Origin: an uncultured Planctomycetota bacterium
GTDB taxonomy: Bacteria; Planctomycetota; Planctomycetia; Isosphaerales; Isosphaeraceae
Assembly (NCBI GenBank): GCA_963823665.1
Contig: CAWGMQ010000006.1
Coordinates: 1 to 64,000 of the forward strand
Length of the DNA: 64,000 nucleotides
Reading direction: 5' to 3'
The notes below the pieces were generated by a model. It was not told the DNA's origin. It worked only from the letters and a program-made list of their open reading frames with translations, and ran no database searches. Of this stretch, positions 24,001-35,716 are shown one piece after another (the stretch's first letter is position 1; each line of letters begins with the position of its first letter). Made by a program: the position numbers and the translations under genes.

Positions 24001-27000
24001 CGCGGCACCCGTGGTCTGGTTGATCCGGTAGAGCTGGAGGAGCCCTGATGAATTGAGCGCGTCCATGTATAAGTTGCCGTCGGGGCCGAATGACAGCATG
24101 CCGGTGGAAATGTTTGTCGCGGTGAGCAGCGGCCCAAGGACAGATAGGCTATTGCCGTCTGGGCTAATGAGATCGAGCGTCCAGGGGTTTGCGTTCGCGT
24201 CCACCGCATAGATCCCACCGGCTCCCCCGTTTGCGAGCCCCCAAAAACCGATCTGCGTGCCGCCCGTCGGTACAGGCGCAGAGACCGATCCGAACTGGGT
24301 CGTTACCCCGCCAGGGCTGACCGAGTACAGGTCGCCGGACTGATATACCCCAGCGTAAAAGCTCCCTCCGGGCCCCGATGTGAGGGAGGCTTCGGTCCCG
24401 ATGCTCGGTGGTGTGATCTCGGTGAACTGGCCGGTCGACAGGTTAAGTTCCCCGAAGTATCCCCCGCCGGTCGCTCCGACAATTAACCCCGAGTCGAGCG
24501 CGGCGGTCCCCGCGGCGTTGGTGCCGATCAAGTTGCCGGCGATCACGTTGCCGGTGCTGCCCACCCCGGTGATCTCGACGCCGTCACCCGCGTTGCCCGA
24601 GATGAGGTTGCGGGCACCGGTGGCGGTGCCCCCGATCGTGTTGTCGGAGCCGCCGCTGTTGATGGTGATTCCGTTGCCGATGTTGGCCAGTTGGGCCGTG
24701 CCCGCCGAGCTCGTGCCGATCTTGTTGCCCTCGACCAGATTGCCGCTGCCGTCGTTGATGTTGATGCCATCGCTGAAATTCCCGGAGATGACGTTGACCG
24801 CGGCCGCCGCGGTGCCACCGATCGTGTTGTTGACGCCGCCGCTGATGTAAATCCCGTAGATGGCGTCGGGCAGCGCCGCGGTGCCGGCCGCGTTGGTGCC
24901 GATCTCGTTGCCCGCGACCAGGTTGCCGCTCGCCGCGCTGGTCGTTAGCCTGATGCCATAGCTGCCGCTGCCTGCGATGACATTTCCCGCGCCGGCGACG
25001 GTGCCGCCAATCGTGTTTCCGGACGCGGCGACGTAGACGTTCGCAGCGCCGTTGCCCAGGGCGACGGTGCCGGTGATGTCGGTGCCGAAGTAGTTGCCTT
25101 CGACCAGGTTGGCAGTGGCCGGGGTGTCGATCTCGACGCCGCGGTATACATTGCCGGAAATGATATTTCGGTCCGCGGCGATTGTCCCGCCGATCGTGTT
25201 CGACGAAGCGCCGAGGATTTCAATGCCGTCGCCCAAGCCGCTGCCGTAGCCATTCGCCACCGCCGCCGTCCCCGTGGCATTGAGGCCGACGATGTTGCCG
25301 AGCACGATGTTGCCGGAGATGCCGTCCAGGACCACGCCAAAGCCGGCATTGCCGGAGATCACGTTACCCGCGCCGGTTCCCGGCGTGCCGGTGGCGCCGC
25401 CGATCGTGTTGGCGTTGCTGTAGACGTCGATGCCATCGCCACTATTGCCCAGAGCCGCGGTTCCGGCGGCGTTGGTGCCGACGTAGTTGCCCTCGACCAG
25501 GTTGCCGGAACCGAAAACCGCTATGCCGCCGCTGCCGGTGGTGAATCCGTTGCCCGAGACCACGTTTCGGGCAGCGGCCGTCATACCGCCGACAATGTTG
25601 TTGCTTGATTGCAACTGGATGCCACTGTAAGTGTTTCCCAGGACCCTGGTGCCGGTAACATCTGTGCCGACAAGGTTGCCCTCGGCTACGTTGTCATTGC
25701 CGCTGTCGAACCAGATCCCGACCACGGTGTTGCCCGAAATGAGATTTCCTGCGCCGCTGGCGGTGCCGCCCACCGTATTCGACCCGGCGGTAGCCCAGAT
25801 GCCCTGGCCGTGGTTGCCCAGCGCCGCCGTGCCAGTCACATCCGTGCCGATGAAGTTCCCCTCGACGAGGTTGTCGCTCGCTGCCAGGTCAATGCCTTGC
25901 GAGATGCCAGCCAAGCCGTTTGCTGAAATCACGTTCCGGGCCGCCGGGGTCGTTCCGCCAATCGTGTTGCTTGCCGCGCCGACATAGACGCCGCAGGCGT
26001 TGCCGATGGCGCCAGTACCCGCGGCGTTCGTGCCGATGAGGTTTCCCACGACCAGGTTGTCGCTGGCTTCGATCTCGACGCCGTTGCTGTCATTGCCTGA
26101 GATCACGTTGCCGGCGCCGGCGGCCGTACCACCGATCGTGTTGGCGGCGGCGCTATTCTCAATCAAGACGCCGTCGGCGCTGTTGGGCAGCGGGGCGGTT
26201 CCCGGCTGGTTTGTACCGATATAGTTACCCGCAACCAGGTTGCCGGTCGCCGTCGCGCCGCTGATCTGGAGCCCATTCGCGGCGTTGCCCGAGATGACGT
26301 TGCCCGCGCCGACGCGCTGCCGCCGATCGTATTACCGCTGGCGCTTCCGAGGCTAACCCCGCCATCGCCATTGGCCACCGCAGAACCGCTCTCCGTGATA
26401 CCGACCAGGTTCCCCGCGACCAGGTTCTGACTCGAAAAGTCGATCTCGACTCCGAAAAAATTGTTGCCCGCGAAGATGTTCCCCGCGCCGGCCGCCGTGC
26501 CGCCGATTGTGTTCCCCGTCGCATAAAAGGCGAAGATGCCGTCGCCGCCATTGCCCAGCGCCATGCCCGAGGCGTTGACGCCGATGAAGTTGCCCTCGAT
26601 CAGATTGTCCTCGGCAAAGGGGCTGGTCACGTTATCGGGATTGAGCTGGATTCCGTTGCCGGCGTTGCCCGAGATGACATTGCGGGCGCCGGCTGCCGTC
26701 CCGCCGATCGTGTTGCTGTTGCTGTCGTAGATCATGATCCCGGCAAGGCCGGTGTTGGCCAGCGCAGCGGTGCCCGCGGCATTGGTGCCGACCAAGTTGC
26801 CGGACACCACGTTGTCGATCGTGCCCGTGCCGGTGATCTCGACGCCGTCGCCCGAGTTGCCCGAGATGACGTTGCCGGCACCGGCGGCCGTGCCGCCGAT
26901 CGTGTTGTCGGAGCTACCGCCATCGATGTTGATCCCGTTGTTGGCGTTGGGGAGGGCTGCGGTGCCGGCGGCGTTGGTGCCGATCTCGTTGCCCTCGACC

Positions 27001-30000
27001 AGGTTGCCGGTCGCGGCGCTGGACGTGAACCTGATGCCGTAGTTGCCGCTGCCGGCGATGACATTGCCGGCCCCGGCGATGTTGCCGCCGAACGTATTGC
27101 CGCCCCCGGAGACGTACACGCCCGCAGAACCCCCGCTCACGCCGTTGCCCAGGGCGACGGTGCCGGTGATGTCGGTGCCGATGTAGTTGCCTTCAACCAG
27201 GTTGTCAGTGGCCGGGCTGTCGATCTCGACGCCGTGGGTGCCATTGCCCGAGATGATGTTGCGGGCGCCGGCGACCGTGCCGCCGATCGTAGTGGCGCTG
27301 GCCCCGCTGTTGATCAGGACGCCATCGACGCCGTTGGCCAGCGCGGCGGTGCCGGCGGCGGTCGTCCCGATATCGTTCCCGGCCACGACGTTGCCGGTCG
27401 TACCCGCGCTCTCGATCCAAACGCCCTGGTTGCTGTTGCCCGAGATGACGTTGCCCTGGCCGGCGTTTTCGGGCCCGTACACCGGGTTTACTCCCACCCA
27501 GTTGTCCGCGGCCCCGATCGCGATGAGCACACCAGAGTTATTCCCGAGCGCGGCTGTGCCGGCCGCGTTCGTGCCGATGTAATCGCCGGCGACGACATTT
27601 CCCGTGGTCGGCGCCCCTGGGCGCCTTGGAACTCGTAGATATAAACACCAGCTTCCGTATTTCCGGAAATCACATTCCGTTCCAGGGCATCGTTTGCCCC
27701 GTCCTGACCGGAGGTCCCGATCAGGTTCGACGAGGCCCCCACGGCAATGACGACGCCCCAGGTAAGTGGCGCGTCATAGGTTGGATTGGGGACGGCGGTC
27801 GTGCCGCTCGGGTCGGTACCGATATAATTGCCGGCCACAACGTTGCCGGTCGTGCCGGTGTCGTAGATCGCCACCCCGATATAGCTCCCGGAGATCACAT
27901 TGCGCTGGAGGGCGTTCTCGGTTCCAGGCCCGGCGGCCGAGTTGACACCGATCCAGTTGCCCGATGCGCCGTCTGTCAGGATGACTCCGGCGAAGCCGTC
28001 GCCAAGGCCGTCGATGACGTTGCCGTGAGAGTCGACGTTCAAGCCGATCAGGTTGCCGGCGATCACGTTTCCGCTCGTACCGGAACCGTCGAGGTTCACA
28101 CCGTACAAGCCGTTCCCGGCGATGATGTTACCCTGGCCGCCATTCTCGGGCCCGTCGACGGAATTGACGCCGACCCAGTTGTCGTCGGCTCCGCCGTTGA
28201 TCAGCACTCCATAGTCAGCGTTGCCGAGCGCGGCGGTGCCGGCGGCGGTCGTGCCGATGTAATTGCCCTCGACCAGGTTACCACTCGTTCCGGTCCCGGT
28301 CAGTAACACGCCGACGATCCCGTTTCCGGAAACGACGTTCCTCGACCCGGCCGCGGTCCCGCCGATGGTGTTGCCTGTCGGGGCGCCGAAGACGACGACT
28401 CCGTAATCGGTGTTTGGCACCGCGGACGTTCCGGAGGCATTGGTGCCGACCAGGTTGCCCTCCACCAGGTTGCCCGTGGACGAGGTGCCGGAGATCGCAA
28501 CTCCACTGTTCGAGGAGCCGGAGATCACGTTGCCGGGCCCGGTGCCGGGCGTGGCGGTCAGGCCGCCGATCGTGTTGTTCGCGGCGGTCACGACAACCCC
28601 GTAGGTCATCGGCTGACTGCCGGCGGCCGTGCCCACGGCATTGGTCCCGATGTAGGAGCTCTGGACGGTGTTGCCTGCACTCGCGAACAAGATGCCGTCT
28701 TGATTGAAGTTGTTGATCGCGAGCCCGACGACCTCGCTTCCACCGGACCCGGCTTCAAAGTCGAGCCCGCTGGTGCCGACGCCGGCGCTCGTGCCGTCGA
28801 GATCGATCAGCGGCGTGTCCGTGTATCCAGGCTGCGACGTGCCGTCGATATCGACCGGCACGGTGATGCTCGGCAGCGCCGACCGTAGCGAGATCGTCTG
28901 CACGCCTGTGCCGGGGATGTTGAAGTCGATCGTGTTCGACCCGGGAGTCGCGTTTGAGTTGAGGATCGCCTGCCGGAGCGTGTTCGTGCCCGAGTCGGCG
29001 GCGGAAGTGACTATGAAGGTCTTCGGAGCCTGCGGGGTAGTGAACGAGCCGGTCGAGGTGTCGGCGACGGTGCCGCCGGCGCTGGTGGCGACGACGCGGT
29101 CGTAGTAGGTGATGCCGGGTATCAAGCCCGCGAGCGCGGCCGAGACCGCCGTCGCCGTCGTGCCGTTAAGCGGTGAGGGCGTCGCGGCGGCCTTCGGCGG
29201 CGAGAGTTCGACGACCTGTTGGTTGCCCTTGTCGGCGACGAACACGTCGCCGGCCGCGTCCAGCGCCACGTCGCGCGGGATGCCCCACCCCGAACCGATG
29301 GTGTTGATGGTGCCGTTGGGCAGCACCTCCTTGACGGCCAGGTTGCCCCGGTCGGCGACGAAGACGTCGCCCGCCGCGTTGACCGTAACCCCGGTCGGCG
29401 TGCTGAACCCCGAACCGATGGTGTTGATGGTGCCGCCAGGCAGCACCTCGTAAACGGCATTGGTGCCGAAGTCGGCGACGAAGACGTCGCCGGCCGCGTC
29501 CACCGCCACGCTACGCGGCTGGTTGAAACCGGAGCCGATGGTGCGGATGGTGCCGTTGGGCAGCACCTCCTTGACGGCGCTGTTGCCGGTATCGGCGACG
29601 AAGACGTCGCCGGCCGCGTCCACCGCCACGCCTTGCGGGGCGTTGAACCCCGAGCCAATAGTCAGGATGGTTCCGTTTGGCAGCACTTCCTTGATGGCGT
29701 TGTGGCCCAGGTCGGCGACGAAGACGTCGCCGACCGTGTTCACTGCAACGTCGGCCGGCGTGCTGAAACCTGAGCCGATGGTGAGGACGGTGCCGTTGGT
29801 CAAGACCTCGTAGACTTCCTGGTTGCCTTCGTCGGCGACGAAGACGTCGCCGGCCGCGTTCAGCGCCACGCCAGTCGGGCTGGTGAACCCCGAGCCGATG
29901 GTGGTGGAGACGGTGGGCGTGAAGGTGGGACTGGTGGAGTACTGGAACAGGGCGGTGGTGGTCGAGCCGTTCGGGTTGACCGTGGCGTTGAGCGTCGCAC

Positions 30001-31216
30001 CCGCGTTCGTGATCGAGCTGGCCGCGCCGGTTGCGACCGTCGGAGGCGGCAGGGTGAAGAATGAGCCGGCCGACGCGGCCACGGTGCCGCCGGCGTTGGT
30101 GGCGACGACGCGGTCGTAGTAGGTGGTCTGAGACGTCAAGCCCGTCAGCGTGGCCGAGACCGCCGTTGCGGTCGTGCCGGTCAGAGACGAGGGCGTCGCG
30201 GTCACCGTCGGCGGCGAGAATTTGTCGACACGCACGTTGTCTCTGTCGGCGACGAAGACATCGCCGGCCGCGTCCACCGCCACGCCGGCCGGGAAGGCGT
30301 ACCCGGACCCAATCGTGTTGATCGTGCCGTTGGGCTGCACCTCGTAGACGGCAAGGTTGCCGGAGTCGGCGACGAAGACGTCGCCGGCCGCGTCCACCGC
30401 CACGCCACGCGGCTGGTTGAAACCGGAGCCGATGGTGTTGATCGTGCCGCTGGGCAGCACCTCGTAGACGGCGCTGTTGACGTAGGTTGCGACGAAGACG
30501 TCGCCGGCTGCGTCCACCGCCACGCCGCGCGGTGCAGAGATCCCCGAGCCGATGGTCTTGATGGTGCCGCTGGGAAGCACCTCCTTGACCGCGTTGTTGT
30601 TGAAGTCGGCGACGTACACGTCGCCGGCCGTATCCACCGCCACGCCGTACGGGCCGTTGAACCCGGAGCCGATGGTCTTGATGGTGCCGTTGGGCAGCAC
30701 CTCCTTGACGGCGTTGTTGCCGTAGTCGGCGACGAAGACGTCGCCGGACGCGTCCACCGCCACGCCGCGCGGCGTGTTGAACCCGGAGCCGATGGTCTTG
30801 ATCATGCCGCTGGGCAGCACCTCGTAGACACTGTTGGTGCCGATGTCGGAGACGAAGACGTCGCCGACCGCGTCCACCGCCACGCCGACCGGTTGGTTGT
30901 ACCCCGAGCCGATGGTGGTGGCGACGGTGGGCGTGAAGAGGGGACTGGTGGAGTACTGGAACAGCGCGGTGGTGGTCGAGCCGTTCGGGTTGACCGTGGC
31001 ATTGAGCGTCGCCCCGGTCAGTGTGATCGAGCTGGCCGCGCCGGTGGCGACCGTGGGGGGCGCGCTCAGCAGCATCTTCCTCTCCAGGACGTGGAAGTCC
31101 GGCAGGAACGCCCGCTTCTTTCCCTTCGCGGCTTCTCTTCGCCGCCGGCTCATCTTCCGTCGGCTATTGTCGTGGTCGTAGCGGCCACGGGCGCCCGGCT
31201 CATCAGTTATCGACAT
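1..31216 (-). CDS. Giant modular cell-surface/adhesin-like protein (>10,400 aa, 3' end outside window), split by indels into successive ORFs
   Basis: ATG at 31216 preceded by AAGAGGG. N-terminus MSITD...RRKMSRRRREAAKGKKRAFLPDFHVLERKMLLS matches the planctomycete extracellular signal pattern. ORFs 27488-31333, 26163-27530, 16111-26166, 7241-16210, 6099-7316, 4804-6216, 3259-4785, 2577-3203, 1983-2444, 943-1449 and 547-846 continue one another through small frame slips (about 27618, 26310, 16255, 7543, and many below 7000), and repeat motifs resume across each break. Confidence 0.85.
900..1980 (-). other. Metzincin/matrixin-like and pre-peptidase C-terminal-like region of the giant protein
   Basis: Minus strand about 1610-1540 reads FIGLS...H(x)LG(x)LL-GLEHTDAYGPI, an error-damaged HExxHxxGxxH. 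It is followed by ILDIMASGAS (Met-turn-like) and a DFYSF...YLVIYDSSGQVIEYNDD segment. Confidence 0.5.
1990..4600 (-). repeat. RTX/hemolysin-type Ca-binding glycine-rich repeats (GGxGxD), including 81-bp (27-aa) ITAGSGHDTITGGSGNDIIYSTTGNTS units
   Basis: Repeated GGSGND/GGAGDD/GGTGND nonapeptides in ORFs 3259-4785, 2577-3203, 2378-2659 and 1983-2444; recurring DNA units gtagatgatgtcgttgcc and ccgccggtgat. Confidence 0.85.
4800..7430 (-). other. PKD-like domains and FG-GAP/integrin-alpha-like propeller repeats of the giant protein
   Basis: TIDWGDGS...HxY and FGDG...THTF PKD motifs; FGxSVA...VxIGAP...GAVYLY repeats. Confidence 0.75.
9500..11430 (-). repeat. Five bacterial Ig-like (Big_3-like) repeats followed by a CARDB-like domain
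   Basis: Five approximately 102-aa units VxLxATVxSxAGxVxxGTETFTILNG...GTYTIQAVYxGT, then PDLQV...VTWNDANTG...TDADNQIVE...ETNN. Confidence 0.75.
11700..17010 (-). repeat. Near-identical intragenic tandem array: about 5.5 x 510-bp units followed (in gene order) by 5 x 507-bp units
   Basis: tctggtt(a/g)ttggccagcatg recurs at 14641, 15151, 15661, 16171 and 16680 (period 510, one unit 509). The second type recurs at 11892, 12399 and 12906 (period 507). Confidence 0.95.
17300..18780 (-). other. Pmp-like GGGI repeats and autotransporter-passenger-like beta-helix region
   Basis: ISGNSxGGxGGGV repeats; ISPGATGSAGKLTIQGTYTQGAGGSLDVALGGSGYDQLAVTGSASLAG. Confidence 0.6.
18780..29020 (-). repeat. Very long right-handed parallel beta-helix repeat region (GNxIGT..GT.A..N / NTIGG...A.NVISGN)
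   Basis: Dozens of GN(L/Y/F)IGT and RNVISGN motifs in ORFs 16111-26166, 26163-27530 and 27488-31333; a shorter second block lies at about 7550-9490. Confidence 0.9.
29030..31060 (-). repeat. Two tandem 1014-bp modules, each six 120-bp NHL repeats inside a fibronectin-III-like frame
   Basis: 40-aa unit TIGSGFNxPxGVAVDAAGDVFVADxGNxAVxEVLPxG, period 120 bp; gtgatcgagctggccgcgccggt at 30009 and 31023. Confidence 0.9.
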
Positions 31217-32359
31217 CGCGCAACCCTCTTCTGCGAAGGGAGAGACAAGATGGGGGGTCAGCACGCAAATGCAAACGTTGCCGTGGCGAAGCCGCCCGAT
31301 TGCCGCGCTGCCTGGTGCCCGCGAGGCTTTCACGGTTCGCGAGCAGAGCGGCAGGAGACGTAGACGTCGTCCTGGCTGCGATTGATGTTCTGGGTCCCGT
31401 CCAGAGTCGCGCCTGCGGCGATCGCTACGCCGCCGGTCAGATTCCCACCGCTGTGCACCTCACGGAGATGAGGTTCTTAACGCAAGTTAACGCTTGAATC
31501 ACGACGCCGTTCCTGGCGATTCACCATCGATCTCACAGATTCCCTTTGCAAAACGGCGCGGGGCGTCCCACGGAAATCACCTCTGTGGTTCGGTCTTCCT
31601 ACGCGCAGGGACGTTCGCAGACGAGAATCGCCCGTCTAAAGGAAATACGAAAACGTTAGACGCCACTTGCGCAAGTACCGGGTGAAAATCAGCGAATCCC
31701 GGACACCGCGATGCTCAAAGGATCTCCGCAACGACTGATGAGATTTCAGGATCGAACGGCGCGTGAATCGTTACTACCTCCCTTGTAGCTTTTTTGCCAC
31801 GCGTTCTGTTCGGCAGTCTAAGCCTCGCGAGCCTGGCGCCCTTGCCAGCCAACAACAGTCTGGCACAACCGATGCTCATGCGGCGAGCACCCGCGTGTAT
31901 TGAGAAGAGCCTTTCCGTTTGTTTCGTGATGCTGCTGGTGGAGAAACTCCCCCTTTCTTGATTTTTCTGGTGACGCCACCATGGACTCGACGTTCAAGTC
32001 GGCGGTTCATCCCGCAATCTCGCTGACGGATCTTAATTGAGTCGTCCGTCCATTGCCAAGTATTTTCTAAGATTTCTCGGGGGTAGCGGTCTCGCGAATC
32101 CCATGCGAGGTCGGCACTCCAAACAACTTGCGCACGGCGCCACCGGCTCCCGCGAGCGACTGGCTCGTGGACGCGACAGGGAAAATGAGATTATCATACA
32201 GGTGAGCGCCGTTCCCCGACGAACACATGACAATCCGGGTCATCGCGCCAAGACGCCATCTTCGTTCGAGGTATCGACGGAGAAACTCGACGAGCCTTGG
32301 ACGGCGACCGGCGAATCGCCGGTCATTGGTCGCTGAGCAGGGCCAGATCGGGAGAGACC

Positions 32360-35255
32360 ATGAATCGACTTGGCGACGTACCAGCCGACGTGCTTTTCAG
32401 TCTGATCGCCCTCAACAACAACCTGGTCGATCCCGGGGTCATTCCCGGCGCGCTGCGATCCCGGGGGCTCGAGCCAGTTCGATCGCTGGGCGAGCTTCTC
32501 GTTTCTCAGGGCGCCCTCACGCCCGCGCAGTGCGACCTGCTCGAGGCACTTTCGGGCGAATACATCGAGCGTGGCGGCGGCGATGCTCTCAAGGGTTTGG
32601 CGGCTCTGGTGGCGAACCCGTCGGTGCGCGAGCGACTCGATCAGCTTGGCGACGTCGGGTTGCCCAAGAGCCTCAGCCACGCCTTCTCACTCACAACGAC
32701 CCTCCCGCCCGAGCCCGATCCGGGACTCGGTGGTACAACCCAACCTGCGCTGTCTTCAACCGAGCTCGAACCCAGACCATGGCCGGAAATAACCGGTTAC
32801 CAGATCAAGGGGGTGCTGGGCGTGGGTGGGATGGGGATCGTCTACAAGGCGCACCAGGAGGGGCTGGACCGGTTCGTCGCTCTGAAGATGATTCGGGCCG
32901 GCGCCGGTGCGCGACCGCAGGACTTCGCTCGCTTCGAAAGCGAGGCAAAGGCGGTTGCGGCAATCAACCACAACAACATCATCAAGATTTTTGCCATCGG
33001 GAAACAGGACGGGCTTCCCTACTTCTCTCTCGAATATCTCCCTGGCGGCAGCTTATCCGAGAAGATCGGCGGCAGGCCCCAGCCGTTCGATCATGCCGCC
33101 CATATCGTCGAGACACTGGCGCGAGCAATCCACGTCGCGCATGAGCACAAGGTCATCCACCGCGACCTGAAGCCGGGCAATGTGCTCTTTGCCGCCGACG
33201 GCACGCTCAAGATTACCGACTTCGGGTTGGTGAAACGATTGGAGGGCGACTCGAATCAAACCCACAGCGGTTCGATTCTCGGCACGCCAAGCTACATGGC
33301 TCCCGAACAGGCCCGCGGCGAGAACGAGACTGTCGGGCCGGCCGCGGACCAGTACGCCCTGGGCGCGATTCTCTATGATCTGCTCACCGGGCGGCCGCCG
33401 TTCCAGGGATCGTCGGTCCTCGATACGTTGGAAATGGTCCGGACAAAGGAGCCGGTGACGCCGACTCAGCTTCAGCCCAAGACGCCGCGAGATCTGGAGA
33501 CGATCTGTCTGAAGTGCCTCGAGAAAGACCCCGCGCGCCGTTATCCCGACGTGCTCGCGCTGGCTGAAGACCTGCGGCGGTTCCGGGCGGGTGAGCCGAT
33601 CGTGGCGCGGCCGGTTTCCACTGCCGAGCGGCTTTGGCGCTGGTGCAAGCGGAATCGAAGGGTTGCGTGGTTGAGCGCCGGCCTCGCGCTCTCGCTCCTG
33701 ATCGTGACGATCGGCTCGGTGGTCGCGGCTGTGACGCTACGCGCTGCCAACGCCGTGGCCGAAGAGAAGCGCGCGCAGGCCGTCGCTGCCAACGCCTTGG
33801 CCGAAGAGAAGCGTGCCCAAGCCGTCGCTGCCGCGCGCGGCCAATGAAGGGAACCGAAACGCGGTTGAAGCCGAGGTCGACCAGATTGTCCTGCTCAGGG
33901 GTAAGCTCCGGAACGTGCCGGCGATCGAGGATGTGCGTGAGCAGTTGTTCACAAAGGCGATCGAGCGACTCACGGCCGTGGCCAAAGCGATGGACGACGT
34001 CCGCCGCTACGTGGAATGGGACCCCAAGGACGAGGAGGCCAACTGGCGGTCGGTGGCCAGGGCTTACCAGGCACGGGCCGTGGTGAGCCTGTCGCGTGCC
34101 CAGTTCGCTGACGCAATGGACCAATACCGAAAGGCCGAGGAAATCATCGCGAGGCTCGCCGCGGCCGACCGCAACGACCTGGTCAAGCAGGGCAATCTTC
34201 TGAGGATCGAGCGCGAGCTCGGCAGCATTTCGGTCGACCGACTGGGCGACACCGAGGGGGGCCAAAGATATCTTCGCAAGGCCGTCGAGATCAGCAGGGC
34301 ATGCAAAGCAAAGCAACCCGACGACGGTAACAAGGGTGAGCTGGCCAATTCTCTGGGCAAGCTTGCGGGCTCGGAAGTGGTGCTCGGTCATCTCGAGAAG
34401 GCACGCGAGCTCTATCGCGAAGAGATGGCTGTCCGCGACTCGTTTTCGCCGGCCAAGGCCAATGACTGGGAGGCCCGGCGCGAGCTCGCAGGCCTTTACG
34501 CGGAGCTCGCGACACTGGCCGTGAAGCTGGGCGATCGGGATGAGGGACAGAAGCTCTACGACCGATGCGCAAAGATCCGCGAGCAGATTGCGGCGGAGAA
34601 GCCGGACTTCTGGCCAGCGGAGAACGATCTTGCGCTGACATACAACAATCAAGGGTCGATGCAGTTTCCGCTGGGTGGCGAGCCGAAAGCCGCGCGGGAG
34701 TTTCACCGCAAGGCGCTCGAGGTATTGAAAAACCGTGCTCGGGTCGACCCGACGAACTTTGAGAACAAGCAGACGTTGGGACTCACGCTTTATTACGACG
34801 CGACGTGCGCCCTTCATTCCGGCGACAAAGACGGGGCGGCCGCTGGTTATCTCGAAAGCCAGAAGATCTTCAAAGAGCTGGCCACGGAGCCCACGGCGAA
34901 GTTGCAGAAGGGATATTTGATGCTCGCGCTAGCCCGGTGCGGCGATCATGCCGGGGCTTCCGCGATCGCAGAGGAGCTCGTGAAAGTACCACCCAAGGAC
35001 GAAGCCGTCTACGTCCAGGCCGCCTGCGGATTTGCTCTGGCCGCGGGCGCCGCCCGCGCGCCCGGCGGGGGCAACGCGGATCTCGTTGGGCACTACGTCG
35101 ACAGGGCCCTCAAGTGCTTACGCGACGCCAAGGACAGGGGCTTTGAGGACGTCGTGGGCCTCGAGACCGACACAGACCTCGAACCAATCCGCAAGGAACC
35201 AGCATTCCAAGCCTTGCTTGGTGAGTTCCAGCAACGGGTCGGAAAACGGCCGTGA
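32360..35255 (+). CDS. Membrane-anchored Hanks-type Ser/Thr protein kinase with TPR-like C-terminal region (one frameshift at about 33838)
   Basis: GGAGA before ATG 32360; GVGGMGIVY, VALK, HRDLKPGN, DFG and GTPSYMAPE motifs; TM segment VAWLSAGLALSLLIVTIGSVVAAV; the helical repeat ORF 33813-35255 continues after a slip in a GC run. Confidence 0.9.
33743..33826 (+). repeat. In-frame 42-bp tandem duplication (AANAVAEEKRAQAV / AANALAEEKRAQAV)
   Basis: gctgccaacgcc(g/t)tggccgaagagaagcg twice, 42 bp apart. Confidence 0.9.
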
Positions 35256-35532
35256 CCCAGCAGCTCGGCGTCTCAGGCTCGAGTGATTGATTGGTGGCGG
35301 TTGTTATTGACCTGGCACGCGCGCGCTTATCATACCGCTGGGCAGTGTGCAGCTCTCGTTGATGCCGTTCGACAATCTTCCCGTCGTGAGTGGCGTGGTT
35401 CAAATGAAAAGGAAAAGATGGGCTCACGCAAAGTCGCGAAGTCGCAGAGGGGGAAGCGCAACTGAAAGGAAAAGACGGGCTGACGCAAAGTCGGGATGGC
35501 GCAAAGGCAGGGGAAGGCGTGAGAGGGCGAGG

Positions 35533-35710
35533 ATGGCCGTGGATTCGGGTTCTGGTTGTTCGTGAGTTGAGCCTATTTCTGGCCAGGTCGAGACGCTCCG
35601 GATCACGGAGGAGCAGTGGCCGCGGACTCCCGAAGCCGTCGCCGAGTGGCTTGCGTGGTTTGATTCGATTGAGCCCATCGAGATGACGCCGGAGGAGGAC
35701 GCGCGTTGCG
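35533..35710 (+). pseudogene. Remnant of a small acidic, possibly antitoxin-like protein
   Basis: Frame reads MAVDSGSGCS*VEPISGQVETLRITEEQWPRTPEAVAEWLAWFDSIEPIEMTPEEDAR; protein-like, with an internal TGA, and cut off where the PIN gene ends. Confidence 0.35.
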
Positions 35711-35716
35711 GGATCC

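Noticed and set aside
1..31216. Long plus-strand ORFs (e.g. 14084-16357, 21268-23403, 4438-6291) as real genes
   Set aside because: They are antisense shadows of a GC-rich repetitive minus-strand gene, with no recognisable motifs.
31217..32359. Riboswitch (e.g. c-di-GMP) or a third ECF-motif copy upstream of the giant gene
   Set aside because: No recognisable aptamer consensus by eye; the best promoter-like match (GTCA-N18-GGGG at 31949-31974) is too weak. An Rfam/Infernal scan would be needed.
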